A DNA stretch of 64,000 nucleotides, from NCBI GenBank assembly GCA_963719515.1, contig CAVRCJ010000013.1, positions 96,001 to 160,000 of the forward strand. The letters are read 5' to 3'. This document shows, one piece after another, positions 39,154 through 49,126 of this stretch. Both the position numbers and the translations under genes were made by a program. The notes under the pieces were generated by a model, which saw only the letters and a list, made by a program, of their open reading frames with translations, ran no database searches and was not told the origin of the DNA. The first letter of the stretch is position 1. Each line of letters starts with the position of its first letter. This DNA is from an uncultured cyanobacterium (GTDB taxonomy: Bacteria; Cyanobacteriota; Cyanobacteriia; CAKZMO01).

Positions 39154-41871
39154 ATGACTGTAACCCCGCCGACCCTACCCAGCCAGTACGACCCGTCCTT
39201 AACGGAGTCAAAGTGGCAGCAAGCCTGGGAAGACAATCATGCATTTAAAGCCGACCCCGACGCACCGGGAGAGCCCTACTGCGTCGTCATTCCCCCGCCC
39301 AACGTCACCGGCAGCCTGCATATGGGTCACGCGTTCGAGAGCGCACTGATCGACCTGCTGGTGCGCTACCACCGGATGCGAGGACGCAACACCCTGTGGC
39401 TCCCCGGCACCGATCACGCCAGCATTGCGGTGCAGACCATCTTGGAGCGGCAGCTGAAGGCTGAAGGGAAGACGCGAGACGACGTCGGGCGCGATCGCTT
39501 TTTAGAGCGGGCCTGGGCTTGGAAAGCAGAGTCCGGAGGCACCATCGTCAACCAGCTGCGGCGGCTCGGTGTGTCGGTGGACTGGTCGCGGGAGCGCTTT
39601 ACCCTAGATGAGGGGCTGTCTAAAGCCGTTGCTGAGGCGTTTGTACAGCTCTACAACGACGACCTCATCTATCGCGGCAACTATTTGGTGAACTGGTGTC
39701 CCGCCAGCCAGTCCGCCGTCTCGGACTTGGAGGTGGAGACCAAAGAGGTAGACGGCCACCTGTGGCACTTTCGCTATCCCCTCACCGACGGCAGCGGCTC
39801 CGTTGAGGTGGCCACCACCCGGCCAGAGACCATGCTGGGGGACACAGGCGTGGCGGTGAACCCCAACGACGATCGCTACCGCGAGCTGGTGGGCAAAACC
39901 CTGACGCTGCCTCTAGTGGGGCGGGAGATTCCCATCGTGGCCGACGAGCTGGTGGACCCAGAATTTGGAACGGGCTGCGTCAAGGTCACCCCCGCCCATG
40001 ACCCCAACGACTTTGAAATGGGCCGCCGTCATAACCTGCCGTTTATCAACATCATGAACAAAGACGGTACCCTCAACGACAATGCCGGAGAGTTTGCAGG
40101 GCAAGACCGCTTTGACGCCCGCAAAAACGTTGTCGCGCGGCTCAAGAACATAGGGGTGCTGGTCAAAACGGAAGACTATCGCCACGCCGTTCCCTACAGC
40201 GATCGCGGTAAGGTGCCCGTAGAGCCGCTGCTGTCCACCCAGTGGTTTGTAAAAATTCGGCCTTTGGCGGACCGGGCGCTGCAGAGCCTAGAGGCCCAAG
40301 AGCCCCGCTTCGTTCCTGAGCGGTGGACTAAGGTCTACCGCGACTGGCTGGTAAACCTGAGGGACTGGTGCATCTCGCGGCAGCTGTGGTGGGGCCATCA
40401 GATTCCGGCCTGGTACGTGGTCAGTGAAACTGACGGCGCAGTTACCGACGATACGCCCTTTATCGTGGCCCGCTCCGAAGGGGAGGCGATCGCCCAGGCG
40501 CGGGAAAAATTTGGCCCTGGCGCAGCGCTGGTTCAAGATGCCGACGTCCTCGATACCTGGTTCTCCTCAGGGCTATGGCCCTTCTCCACCATGGGCTGGC
40601 CTGAACAAACCGCAGATCTAGCCGCCTACTACCCCACCACTACCCTGGTCACCGGGTTCGACATTATCTTCTTCTGGGTAGCTCGCATGACTCTGATGGC
40701 GGGCTACTTTACCGACCAAATGCCTTTCGAGACGGTCTACATTCACGGCCTGGTGCGGGACGAGAACAACAAGAAGATGTCGAAGTCGGCCAATAACGGC
40801 ATCAATCCGCTGATTTTAATGGATAAGTACGGCACCGACGCCGTCCGCTATACCCTGGTGCGGGAGGTAACCGGCGCGGGGCAAGACATCCGCATTGAGT
40901 ACGACCGCAAGACGGACGAATCCACCTCGGTGGAAGCGAGCCGCAACTTCACCAACAAGCTGTGGAACGCGGCCCGCTTCGTGATGATGAATCTAGAGGG
41001 CAAGTCGCCCTTCGAACTCGGTGAGCCTGACCCCGCTGCCCTGGAGCTGAGCGATCGCTGGATTTTGTCTCGCTTTCATCGGGTGGCCCAGACCACCTGC
41101 CGGTACCTCAACCAGTACGGGATGGGGGAAGCGGCTAAAGAGCTCTACGAGTTCACCTGGGGAGATTTTTGCGACTGGTACATCGAGCTGGTCAAGTCTC
41201 GGCTCAACGGTGAGGATGCCCGGTCCCGGCAGGCGGCTCAGCAGACTCTGGCCATCGTGCTGGACGGCATTCTGCGGATGCTGCACCCTTTCATGCCCCA
41301 CATCACCGAAGAGATCTGGCACACCCTGACTCAGAGCAGCGACAGCGTCTTCTTGGCCCGCCAAGCCTATCCTACGGGCGACTCAGCGCTGATTCGCGCA
41401 GATGTGGAAACTACCGTAACCACCATTATTGAGGCGATTCGCACCGTTCGTAACCTCAGAGCCGAGGCCAGCGTTAAGCCCAGCACCGCTATTCGCGTCA
41501 TTTTACAGAGCGATCGCGCTGAGGAGCGCGATACGCTCCGTCAGGGAGAGACCTACATCAAAGATCTCGCTCGGGTGGCAACTTTAGATATTACAGAGAG
41601 CGCTCCAGAACAGAAGATGTTTACCGGTGTTACCGGTACAATTCAGGTGCTGATGCCTCTAGAAGGCTTTGTAGATATCGCTGCGCTGCGCAGTAAGGTC
41701 GAAAAAGATCTAGGAAAGATTAATCGGGAGGTGGCCGCGCTGCAAAATCGGTTGAACAATGCAGGATTTGTTAAAAAGGCCCCGCCTGAGGTTGTGGATG
41801 GGGCGCGGCAGGCGCTATCGGAAGCTCAAAAGCAGGCCAGCATTTTGAACGCTCGCCTCGATCAGATATAG
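39154..41871 (+). CDS. valS: valyl-tRNA synthetase
   Basis: [31 protein letters not shown]-terminal coiled coil. Confidence 0.97.
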   Translation: MTVTPPTLPSQYDPSLTESKWQQAWEDNHAFKADPDAPGEPYCVVIPPPNVTGSLHMGHAFESALIDLLVRYHRMRGRNTLWLPGTDHASIAVQTILERQLKAEGKTRDDVGRDRFLERAWAWKAESGGTIVNQLRRLGVSVDWSRERFTLDEGLSKAVAEAFVQLYNDDLIYRGNYLVNWCPASQSAVSDLEVETKEVDGHLWHFRYPLTDGSGSVEVATTRPETMLGDTGVAVNPNDDRYRELVGKTLTLPLVGREIPIVADELVDPEFGTGCVKVTPAHDPNDFEMGRRHNLPFINIMNKDGTLNDNAGEFAGQDRFDARKNVVARLKNIGVLVKTEDYRHAVPYSDRGKVPVEPLLSTQWFVKIRPLADRALQSLEAQEPRFVPERWTKVYRDWLVNLRDWCISRQLWWGHQIPAWYVVSETDGAVTDDTPFIVARSEGEAIAQAREKFGPGAALVQDADVLDTWFSSGLWPFSTMGWPEQTADLAAYYPTTTLVTGFDIIFFWVARMTLMAGYFTDQMPFETVYIHGLVRDENNKKMSKSANNGINPLILMDKYGTDAVRYTLVREVTGAGQDIRIEYDRKTDESTSVEASRNFTNKLWNAARFVMMNLEGKSPFELGEPDPAALELSDRWILSRFHRVAQTTCRYLNQYGMGEAAKELYEFTWGDFCDWYIELVKSRLNGEDARSRQAAQQTLAIVLDGILRMLHPFMPHITEEIWHTLTQSSDSVFLARQAYPTGDSALIRADVETTVTTIIEAIRTVRNLRAEASVKPSTAIRVILQSDRAEERDTLRQGETYIKDLARVATLDITESAPEQKMFTGVTGTIQVLMPLEGFVDIAALRSKVEKDLGKINREVAALQNRLNNAGFVKKAPPEVVDGARQALSEAQKQASILNARLDQI

Positions 41872-42331
41872 CTCTGGCTCAGGAGACATTTCGGTTTGAA
41901 TGGCGGTTCCCTAAACCGCTGATATACTAGACCAAGGGTAGTAGCTATCGCGCTGGATGAATAAACTGGGCCGTTACTGTGGCCATTAAATATTTTCTCA
42001 GCGCTGCGATCGTCTCGATAGCTTGCGGTTTTGCGGATTGATTGACTCAGGGGCTCGATGGGCCAAGGCTCGTGGCACATTAACAGCTTAGATTTTACTG
42101 GGCAGATCGCTCGCGCGGCGTGAGGCCGAGATTACTGCTGAAAAAGGCGGGGTTCGGCGACAAAATGTCTCGTAGCGATTGTTTAAAGCCCCAGCGTCGA
42201 TAAAATTTATCCACAACTCATAAACATGCTGTCTTAAGTCAAATCTTCACAGGATTCAAATACCTTTTGGAGAGCGACTTGCAAAATATAGAGATATACT
42301 AACGTTCGAGGATTGGCTAAGCATCACTGCA

Positions 42332-42889
42332 ATGCTCTATCTGGCTAAAGTGCGAAGAAACAACGACAAAGATGATTCACAGCTTCTGCTGATGGCGCAA
42401 CAGAGTGCTGAGCAGGACTGGATTGCCTTACCAACAGGCGCAGAGGAGATCGTTCTCCTAGCGGCCCAGGGGGTTGAGCGATACAGCGATGGCGATGCTA
42501 TTTTAATTGAGCTGAGCAGCGAGAACGAGATCACCACTGTCAAAGACGCAACCGCGTGGCTGCTCGATTTGGTCAGTCGGTATCTCACAGCTGGGCTGAC
42601 CCCGGAAGATTTAAAGTCAGAAACTGAGCGCATCGAGCAGTGGAGAAAATCGCTGACGCTTCAGAGTCAAGACGTGGTCCGGCAGACGCTGGAAATCGAG
42701 ACACGCCGAGACCAAATTCAAGAGCTAGAAACCAAGCTGGAGCAAGAGCATAAACAGCTGGGTGAAACGATGGATGAGCTTCGAGAGATCAAGAAAAAGC
42801 TTGAGCAGGAGCGGAATCAGCTGAATGTGTTGGAGGCTCCTGAGGATGCGGACACCCGGCTCCCAGATCCAACCAATACCCTAGGCTAA
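42332..42889 (+). CDS. conserved cyanobacterial coiled-coil hypothetical protein
   Basis: MLYLAKV... and 'E.ERIEQWRKSLTLQSQ' motif followed by a coiled coil. Confidence 0.7.
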   Translation: MLYLAKVRRNNDKDDSQLLLMAQQSAEQDWIALPTGAEEIVLLAAQGVERYSDGDAILIELSSENEITTVKDATAWLLDLVSRYLTAGLTPEDLKSETERIEQWRKSLTLQSQDVVRQTLEIETRRDQIQELETKLEQEHKQLGETMDELREIKKKLEQERNQLNVLEAPEDADTRLPDPTNTLG

Positions 42890-42948
42890 TTTAGGAGAGA
42901 CAAGGGGCTCTTGCCGACGCTCTGCGATCGCCTCCCTGTTGCGCCGAG

Positions 42949-42978
42949 TTCTGGTAGCCGCGCTCGTGGCTACCAGAA
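42949..42978. terminator. hairpin between convergent genes
   Basis: TTCTGGTAGCC-GCGCTCGT-GGCTACCAGAA inverted repeat. Confidence 0.6.
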
Positions 42979-42987
42979 GATAGACCT

Positions 42988-45033
42988 TTATCTCACTGCG
43001 GCGGCCGGCAGCGCGCGACGGCTCACAGACGGTTGGCTTTTTGGCTGCAGCAGCAGCTCGCGGATGAGCCGAGCCGTTAGCCGCTGAGTTAGCTCGCCGA
43101 CAACCGAGCGGCCCATATGGCGAAACTCGGGTTGACTTAGCATCTGGGGAACCAGCTCGCCCACCAAGGCTGGGCTAAAACCAGGAGTCTCCCGCAGGAT
43201 ATTGGCGATACGCAGAACGTGGTCAAGGGTGGCGGGTTGGGTCGCTACCGACGGCTGACGGGAGGCTAAGCCAAGCTGCTCGCGAACGCCGAGCGCGGCC
43301 CGCTGGAATACGTTCTGCCCAAATCCATCCACTGACTGCACAATGGTCTCTACGAGGTGGGCGCGGATAAAGGCGCCCCGTGGGGATAGGATAAAGTCGA
43401 TCGTCTGACGAAGAATCTGAGACAAGTCGTAGTCTGGACTGTCTTTCGCATTCTTCAACAGGTTTTCTAGCCTGTTCCAGCGAAAACCATTGTCTTTAAA
43501 TAAGAGATCCTGTAGGGAGGCTCGAAGTTCCGGAGAAGGGTCACTCAGCAGCCGCTTAGCGACATAGGGATAGGCTTTACTCAGTACCTTAAACTCGGGA
43601 TCTACCTTGATTGCGATTCCCTCTAGGGTAACGAGCGAGCGAATGATTAAGGCGTAATACGCGGGCACCCTAAACGGATATTCGTACATCAGCGCCGACA
43701 GCTGATCGGTAATGCTCTTGAAGTTTAGCTCGGCAACACTTGCCCCCAGTGCATTGCCAAACACGTTGGCCAATGCCGGAATGATGGGGGTCAAGTCGGT
43801 GTCCGGCGTCAAGAACTCAAGCTTGACGTAGTCGTTGGCAAGGCCCTCAAAGTCTCGGTTGACCAAGTGGACCACGGCCTCCAGTAGACCATAGCGCTGA
43901 TAGGGCTTGACCTGACTCATCATGCCAAAATCGAGGTACGCTAGCTTCCCGTCCGGAGTTGCTAGAAGGTTGCCGGGATGGGGATCTGCATGGAAGAAGC
44001 CATGCTCAAGCAGCTGCCTCAAAGAGCACTGAACGCCCACTTCTATCAGGTAACGTGCGTCAATGCCCTGGGCCATAACGGCCTCTAAGTCAGTGAGCTT
44101 TGTTCCCGTAATCCACTCCATGGTCAGCACGCGGCGGTTGGTGTACTGCCAGTAGATCTTAGGGACGTAGATATCGTCTAGGTGGCCGTAGAGTTCCCTG
44201 AAGCGATCGGCGTTAAACCCCTCCTGGATGTAGTCAACTTCCTCAAAGATGCGGGCGCCAAATTCATCCATAATGGCGACTAGGTCGCTCTTGAGCTGAG
44301 GAATAAAGCGCGTAACCAGCTTGGCGATCTGCCGCAGCACGTAGATATCGAGAGCGATTCGCTGAAATAGCCCGGGGCGCTGAACCTTGACAGCAACTTC
44401 CTCACCGGTTTTGAGGCGGCCTCGGTAAACTTGGCCAAGCGAAGCCGCTGCGATGGGGGAATCCGTCAGCTCAGCGTAGATATTCTCGGGGCGATCGCCT
44501 AGCTCCTCTTCGATAAACTGAAACGCTAGCTCATTGGGAAAGGGCGGCAGCTTATCCTGCAGCAGACTCAGCTCCTCTAAGTAGATGGGCGAAACCAAGT
44601 CTGGCCGTGTCGAGAGGGCTTGCCCCACCTTAATGTAGGCTGGCCCCAAGTTCGTCAGGATTTCTCGGGCACGAACGGCCCGCTTCCTCTCGTTGCGGTC
44701 TATTCCCCCGGTCCACCTGTCCCAAAGAATCTGCAGGGCAAAAGTAACCGTCGGCCAAAAAATGGCGATTGCCCGAGCAATCACCTGAAGCGGCCGGCGA
44801 TTGTACTGGGCCTCAATGACTGCCGGGTCATACCGCATCTCCGGCCTTGCCTGAGACGTCTCGGGGCGGTGGGCATACTTGAGATCTCCCTCAACAAGAC
44901 CTGGCAATCCATTGGGACCCAGATCCGGTACGCCAGCAACCGGCATGTTCGTGCCCAGTGCGTCGGCGCTTGATGCGCTGGAGCCAGATGTGCCAGGATC
45001 GGATAGGATGGCGGCGTTTGCTACAGATGTCAT
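42988..45033 (-). CDS. ABC1/UbiB (AarF) family atypical kinase
   Basis: LGPAYIKVGQ, AAASLGQVY, VAVKVQRP, FFHADPHPGN, LDFGM. Confidence 0.93.
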   Translation of the reverse strand: MTSVANAAILSDPGTSGSSASSADALGTNMPVAGVPDLGPNGLPGLVEGDLKYAHRPETSQARPEMRYDPAVIEAQYNRRPLQVIARAIAIFWPTVTFALQILWDRWTGGIDRNERKRAVRAREILTNLGPAYIKVGQALSTRPDLVSPIYLEELSLLQDKLPPFPNELAFQFIEEELGDRPENIYAELTDSPIAAASLGQVYRGRLKTGEEVAVKVQRPGLFQRIALDIYVLRQIAKLVTRFIPQLKSDLVAIMDEFGARIFEEVDYIQEGFNADRFRELYGHLDDIYVPKIYWQYTNRRVLTMEWITGTKLTDLEAVMAQGIDARYLIEVGVQCSLRQLLEHGFFHADPHPGNLLATPDGKLAYLDFGMMSQVKPYQRYGLLEAVVHLVNRDFEGLANDYVKLEFLTPDTDLTPIIPALANVFGNALGASVAELNFKSITDQLSALMYEYPFRVPAYYALIIRSLVTLEGIAIKVDPEFKVLSKAYPYVAKRLLSDPSPELRASLQDLLFKDNGFRWNRLENLLKNAKDSPDYDLSQILRQTIDFILSPRGAFIRAHLVETIVQSVDGFGQNVFQRAALGVREQLGLASRQPSVATQPATLDHVLRIANILRETPGFSPALVGELVPQMLSQPEFRHMGRSVVGELTQRLTARLIRELLLQPKSQPSVSRRALPAAAVR

Positions 45034-45200
45034 ATAGGAAGAGGGGGGTAAGGCAGCTGGTATAGTATGAACTATTGTAACAACCTAGCTGCGGCGCTGT
45101 CTCTCTCCTCTAGGGTATGTTTTTTAAGCTAATCTTGAAGTGCCCTCTCTCGCCGGCCCAGCGGGGTCTGATACCATTAAGTTAGAAAGGATATCAACGC

Positions 45201-45323
45201 ATGGACATCAAGCTTTTTCTTTTGGCGATTACGCCAGTTTTCGTGATTGCCTGCCTCTTCTTTGGCACCCGAAATGGATTTTATGACTCAGATAACTACC
45301 ACGGGAACGGGTCTGCTCATTGA
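45201..45323 (+). CDS. ndhP: NDH-1L subunit NdhP (40 aa, not in the ORF track)
   Basis: MDIKLFLLAITPVFVIACLFFGTRNGFYDSDNYHGNGSAH; characteristic C-terminus. Confidence 0.93.
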   Translation: MDIKLFLLAITPVFVIACLFFGTRNGFYDSDNYHGNGSAH

Positions 45324-45424
45324 GTGTTGACTAGGATAATGCAGCATCTTGAGGGGTCTAGCCGACAAGCAGAGACCCCATTTTCATTTTTCATATCGCT
45401 GTCTGATGAACGTAGCATCCAGGT

Positions 45425-47062
45425 GTGTTTCCCGTGGCTGAACTAGCGTGCATGTCCTACGCTGTGGGACACGCCAACGAAGGGGTTTGCTTGGGCCTGC
45501 AGATGGGGCCCTACAGTATTTTGCTAGACTGCGGACTGGCGGATATTCAGGCGATCGCCACCTCTAGTCGCCCTCCGACCGATTTCGTTTTTTGCAGCCA
45601 TGCCCACTCAGACCACGCCCGGGGGCTGTGGGCCCTACATCAGGCTTACTCAGACCTGCCAATCTACGCCAGCGAGATTACCGCGCAGCTGATCGGGTTC
45701 AACTGGTTAGGGGAAGATCCGCCGTCGTTTTGTCATCCGGTATCCTGGCGATCGCCAATTCGTTTAGCCCCTCAGCTCACTCTTGAGCTATGGCCAGCGG
45801 GCCACCTTCCTGGGGCGGCGATCGCGGTATTCACTTATGAAGCTGAGAAGCAGACCTACAAGGCAATCTATACCGGCGATTTCACCCTCTCTAACTCCCG
45901 GTTAGTCGATGGGTTCCCCCTGGAGGAGCTTAGAAACTCAAAGCCAGACGTTCTGATCGTCGAAGGGAGCTACGGCACAGCTCGTCACCCCCGCAGACGA
46001 CAACAGGAAAACGACCTCGCAGCCAAAATTCACCACGCCCTCAACTGCAGCTGGTCTGTGCTCCTTCCGACCCCCATCTTGGGCATGGGACAAGAGATCT
46101 TAATGCTGCTGCGCAGCCACCACCACTTCACAGGGCGCGACGTCAATATTTGGGTCAATGATGCCGTTGCCCTAGCTTGCGATGCCTACCTCGACCTATT
46201 GGGGAATTTTCCTAACACCGTCCAGAACTTTGCTAAGCACCAAGCGCTATTTTGGGATGAGCGCATTCGCCCCTATGTCAGACGGCTAGATACCGCCACC
46301 CCAGAGCTGTTCAGCGCTGGCCCCAACATCGTAATTACCGAGCCTACAGCAGACCTAAGCGCCTGCTGCGAACTTTATCCCGGCTCGTGGCTCATCCTGC
46401 TGCCAGAGAAACCGGGACAGCTGGGCGTGGTTCAGGCCGACGTTCAACGGCAAATTCAAGAGTCCGATCGCTTTCGGAAAGATATCGAAGCGGGCAAACT
46501 TGCTTTAGACTCTTACCTGCTGAGTGACCACTGCGATGGAGCTGGGACGCTGCAGCTAATCCACAATATCCGACCCCAGCACGTCATTTTTGTTCACGGG
46601 TCCCCCGCCTATTTGACAGACCTCACCAGCGTAGAGGATCTGCAGAATAGATACCATCTGCACCTCCCGGCGGCGGATACCCTCGTTGAGCTGCCCGTTG
46701 GCGATACGTTCATTCAGCCAGAGCCTCCAAACTCCTACTATGGCGGCGAGCTAATAGAGCTCAATACCACAGTGATGATCACGCTAGATCAAAGAATTAC
46801 CGCTGAGTCTCGGTGGCAGCAGTTTGCGGACACTGGGATTGTAGAAGCGCGCTGGCAGGGGGACGAACTTGTTCTTCGTGGGGTGCAGCAGCGAGAGATT
46901 TTGAGCGACGCCACAACCTCAGGAGTTTCGGTCTGCTGCGATACCTGCGCTTACTACCGAGGACAGCGCTGTTGGAATAAAGAATCGGCGCTGTTTGGCT
47001 TCAACGTCACGCCAGAGGGCTACTGCCCGGTGTACCGGTCTGCCTACGAGCTGGTTGACTGA
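45425..47062 (+). CDS. MBL-fold metallo-hydrolase (beta-CASP-like) with a Cys-rich C-terminus
   Basis: LLDCG, SHAHSDH, AGHLPGA, YTGDF, EGSYG, FVHG. Confidence 0.85.
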   Translation: MFPVAELACMSYAVGHANEGVCLGLQMGPYSILLDCGLADIQAIATSSRPPTDFVFCSHAHSDHARGLWALHQAYSDLPIYASEITAQLIGFNWLGEDPPSFCHPVSWRSPIRLAPQLTLELWPAGHLPGAAIAVFTYEAEKQTYKAIYTGDFTLSNSRLVDGFPLEELRNSKPDVLIVEGSYGTARHPRRRQQENDLAAKIHHALNCSWSVLLPTPILGMGQEILMLLRSHHHFTGRDVNIWVNDAVALACDAYLDLLGNFPNTVQNFAKHQALFWDERIRPYVRRLDTATPELFSAGPNIVITEPTADLSACCELYPGSWLILLPEKPGQLGVVQADVQRQIQESDRFRKDIEAGKLALDSYLLSDHCDGAGTLQLIHNIRPQHVIFVHGSPAYLTDLTSVEDLQNRYHLHLPAADTLVELPVGDTFIQPEPPNSYYGGELIELNTTVMITLDQRITAESRWQQFADTGIVEARWQGDELVLRGVQQREILSDATTSGVSVCCDTCAYYRGQRCWNKESALFGFNVTPEGYCPVYRSAYELVD

Positions 47063-47140
47063 GCTGAAGCCTCACGACGACTATCCTCCGCCAGTGCAAG
47101 CATCGGCGGAGGATAGGATTCAGACTCCTGCAGAGGAGCG

Positions 47141-47461
47141 CTAGCTTTCGTTGGCCTCAGGCCACTGATTTTTAATCTTCTCTGCCTCAGGGCAGTCTTC
47201 TGCCGTTGGGGGCTCGACGTTTCCTCGAGGAACTGTCGCCAGCTTCTGCTGGATAGAGCCAATACTGTCTATACGAATCATTTCTTCCCAAGAGCAGATC
47301 TCGTCCTCTTCGTCTGATTCGTAGCGAAGCGTAACTAAATCACCTTCAATATCGAGAATCTGGGCTCGCTCGATCCAGCGCTGCTGATCCCGCAAAAAGA
47401 TCCAAACCTCACGACCGTCGCAACAAAGTTGATAGATCTTGCGGCTAAGCATGAATGACAT
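47141..47461 (-). CDS. conserved cyanobacterial hypothetical protein (DUF6679-like)
   Basis: 'MLSRKIYQLCCDGREVWIFLRDQQRWIERA...' recognised as a conserved cyanobacterial sequence. Confidence 0.7.
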   Translation of the reverse strand: MSFMLSRKIYQLCCDGREVWIFLRDQQRWIERAQILDIEGDLVTLRYESDEEDEICSWEEMIRIDSIGSIQQKLATVPRGNVEPPTAEDCPEAEKIKNQWPEANES

Positions 47462-47779
47462 TCTCCCCAGTAATTAAATCGAGATTGGCTAGTCTGACCG
47501 ATACTAACTCGCGTAGTTTTTGCCGGTTCGTCATCTGTAGAGTTTAACGCTATGGGCTACCCTCATCACCTGGTCCCTTATTAAGGGGCATCCTACCCTT
47601 CATTCTAGCCACTGTCAGACCTGAATAGACACTGCTGCAGGAAATTTACCAAAATATAAGGGTGAAGGTGGACACCCTGCAGCGGTAGGGTGCGGTAGGG
47701 TGAAGAGCGCTGTGGTTTGCCCGAGCCCCTCGCGAGTCTAAGCAAACTGCTAAGATGAATCAACGCTTTTATACGCCCT

Positions 47780-48655
47780 ATGATCACCTCTAGAAGCATT
47801 CTGCACGGCATTCGCTCAGACCAGTTTCGCCACCCCTTTGACTTAGAGGCGACGCAGGCGCTGCGCCAGCTCCCAGGATTCGACCTTCTCATTCGTACTG
47901 TGCTGGGGTCTGTGGCAGAGCGGTTCTTTTATCTAGAGAACATCTCGTCTAGCATTGCCGTGAGTGACGAGCAGCTTCCCCATCTCCAGCACCTGCTGGT
48001 GGAAGCCTGTCAAATTCTCGACCTAGATGTTCCTCAGCTCTATCTACGGCAGAACCCACAGCCCAACGCCTACACGTTTGCCATTCGCGGCCAGCAGCCT
48101 TTTATTGTGCTCCACACGTCCCTAGTTGATTTGCTTTCTCCCGAAGAGATTCAGGCCGTGATTGCCCACGAGCTTGGGCATCTCAAGTGCGAGCATGGCG
48201 TGTACCTGACCCTTGCCAATCTAATTTTGCTGGCCTCTAGCGAACTGCTGCCGCTAGGAGCCGTCATTGCCCAGAGCTTACAAGCTCAGCTGCTGCAGTG
48301 GGTCCGCTGCGCCGAGTTTACCTGCGATCGCGCTGCGCTGCTAGTGGCCCAAGATCATCGAACGGTAGCGTCGGTGCTGATGAAGCTGACGGGCGGTTCG
48401 GCAACGCTCGCCTCCCAGCTCAACCTAGACGCCTTTTTAGCCCAGGCGCGCTCCTACGACAGCGTCAGTACAGACGAATTAGGAAAGCTGCTCAAGGAGG
48501 CCCAGGTCAGCCAGCTCACCCACCCCTTGCCGGTGCTGCGGGCAAGAGAAATTGAGCGGTGGTCAGCGAGTCAGAGTTACCAAAAGTTACTGAATAAAAG
48601 CGCGATCGCCTATAATGAAGATACCCCAGCCGGGGGCGGATGGCGAAATTGGTAG
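47780..48655 (+). CDS. M48 family zinc metallopeptidase
   Basis: PNAYT, AHELGH, AEFTCDR, THP..V.R. Confidence 0.9.
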   Translation: MITSRSILHGIRSDQFRHPFDLEATQALRQLPGFDLLIRTVLGSVAERFFYLENISSSIAVSDEQLPHLQHLLVEACQILDLDVPQLYLRQNPQPNAYTFAIRGQQPFIVLHTSLVDLLSPEEIQAVIAHELGHLKCEHGVYLTLANLILLASSELLPLGAVIAQSLQAQLLQWVRCAEFTCDRAALLVAQDHRTVASVLMKLTGGSATLASQLNLDAFLAQARSYDSVSTDELGKLLKEAQVSQLTHPLPVLRAREIERWSASQSYQKLLNKSAIAYNEDTPAGGGWRNW

Positions 48656-48715
48656 ACGCACCACACTCAAAATGTGGCGACTTCGGTTGTGAGAGTTCGA
48701 GTCTCTCTCCGCCCA
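48634..48715 (+). tRNA. tRNA-Leu (CAA)
   Basis: GGGCGGATGGCGAAATTGGTAGACGCACCACACTCAAAATGTGGCGACTTCGGTTGTGAGAGTTCGAGTCTCTCTCCGCCCA; long variable arm; TATAAT at 48611-48616. Confidence 0.95.
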
Positions 48716-48752
48716 TAAAAAGTGCCTGTTAGGCCAAAATCATTTCGGCACC

Positions 48753-48786
48753 TCGGGCTACCTTCTCAAAAGGTAGCCCGATTTTT
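48753..48786 (+). terminator. intrinsic terminator after tRNA-Leu
   Basis: TCGGGCTACCTT-CTCAA-AAGGTAGCCCGA followed by TTTTT. Confidence 0.8.
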
Positions 48787-49126
48787 GTAGCACACGGGCC
48801 GCCGTCTAATTACGCAGACGACAGGACAAACCTTATGGTGGCACTGCGGTTTCCGCTGTTGTCGGCAATCACGGGCGATCGCTACTGTTGTACTATTCGT
48901 GACAGTAGACGAGTCAGTGCTGCTCTCTAGCACGCATTTGAAAATTTGTCTATTCGAATGGGTATTTTCAAATAAGATGAGTCGTGGTATGCGGAATCAT
49001 TATTGCCGCCATAGTGGTACAACACGTCGGTTAAGCCAAAACTGGCTGAGGAAGCACCACCTGCCAAACTGAGTAAGGTTTGGTGACGCATCTAGGTTGA
49101 TAAGGCGCTAGCGGAGTTGAGAAACG

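Noticed and set aside
42207..42215. DnaA box TTATCCACA suggesting oriC
   Set aside because: Single perfect box, no cluster and no dnaA/dnaN nearby.
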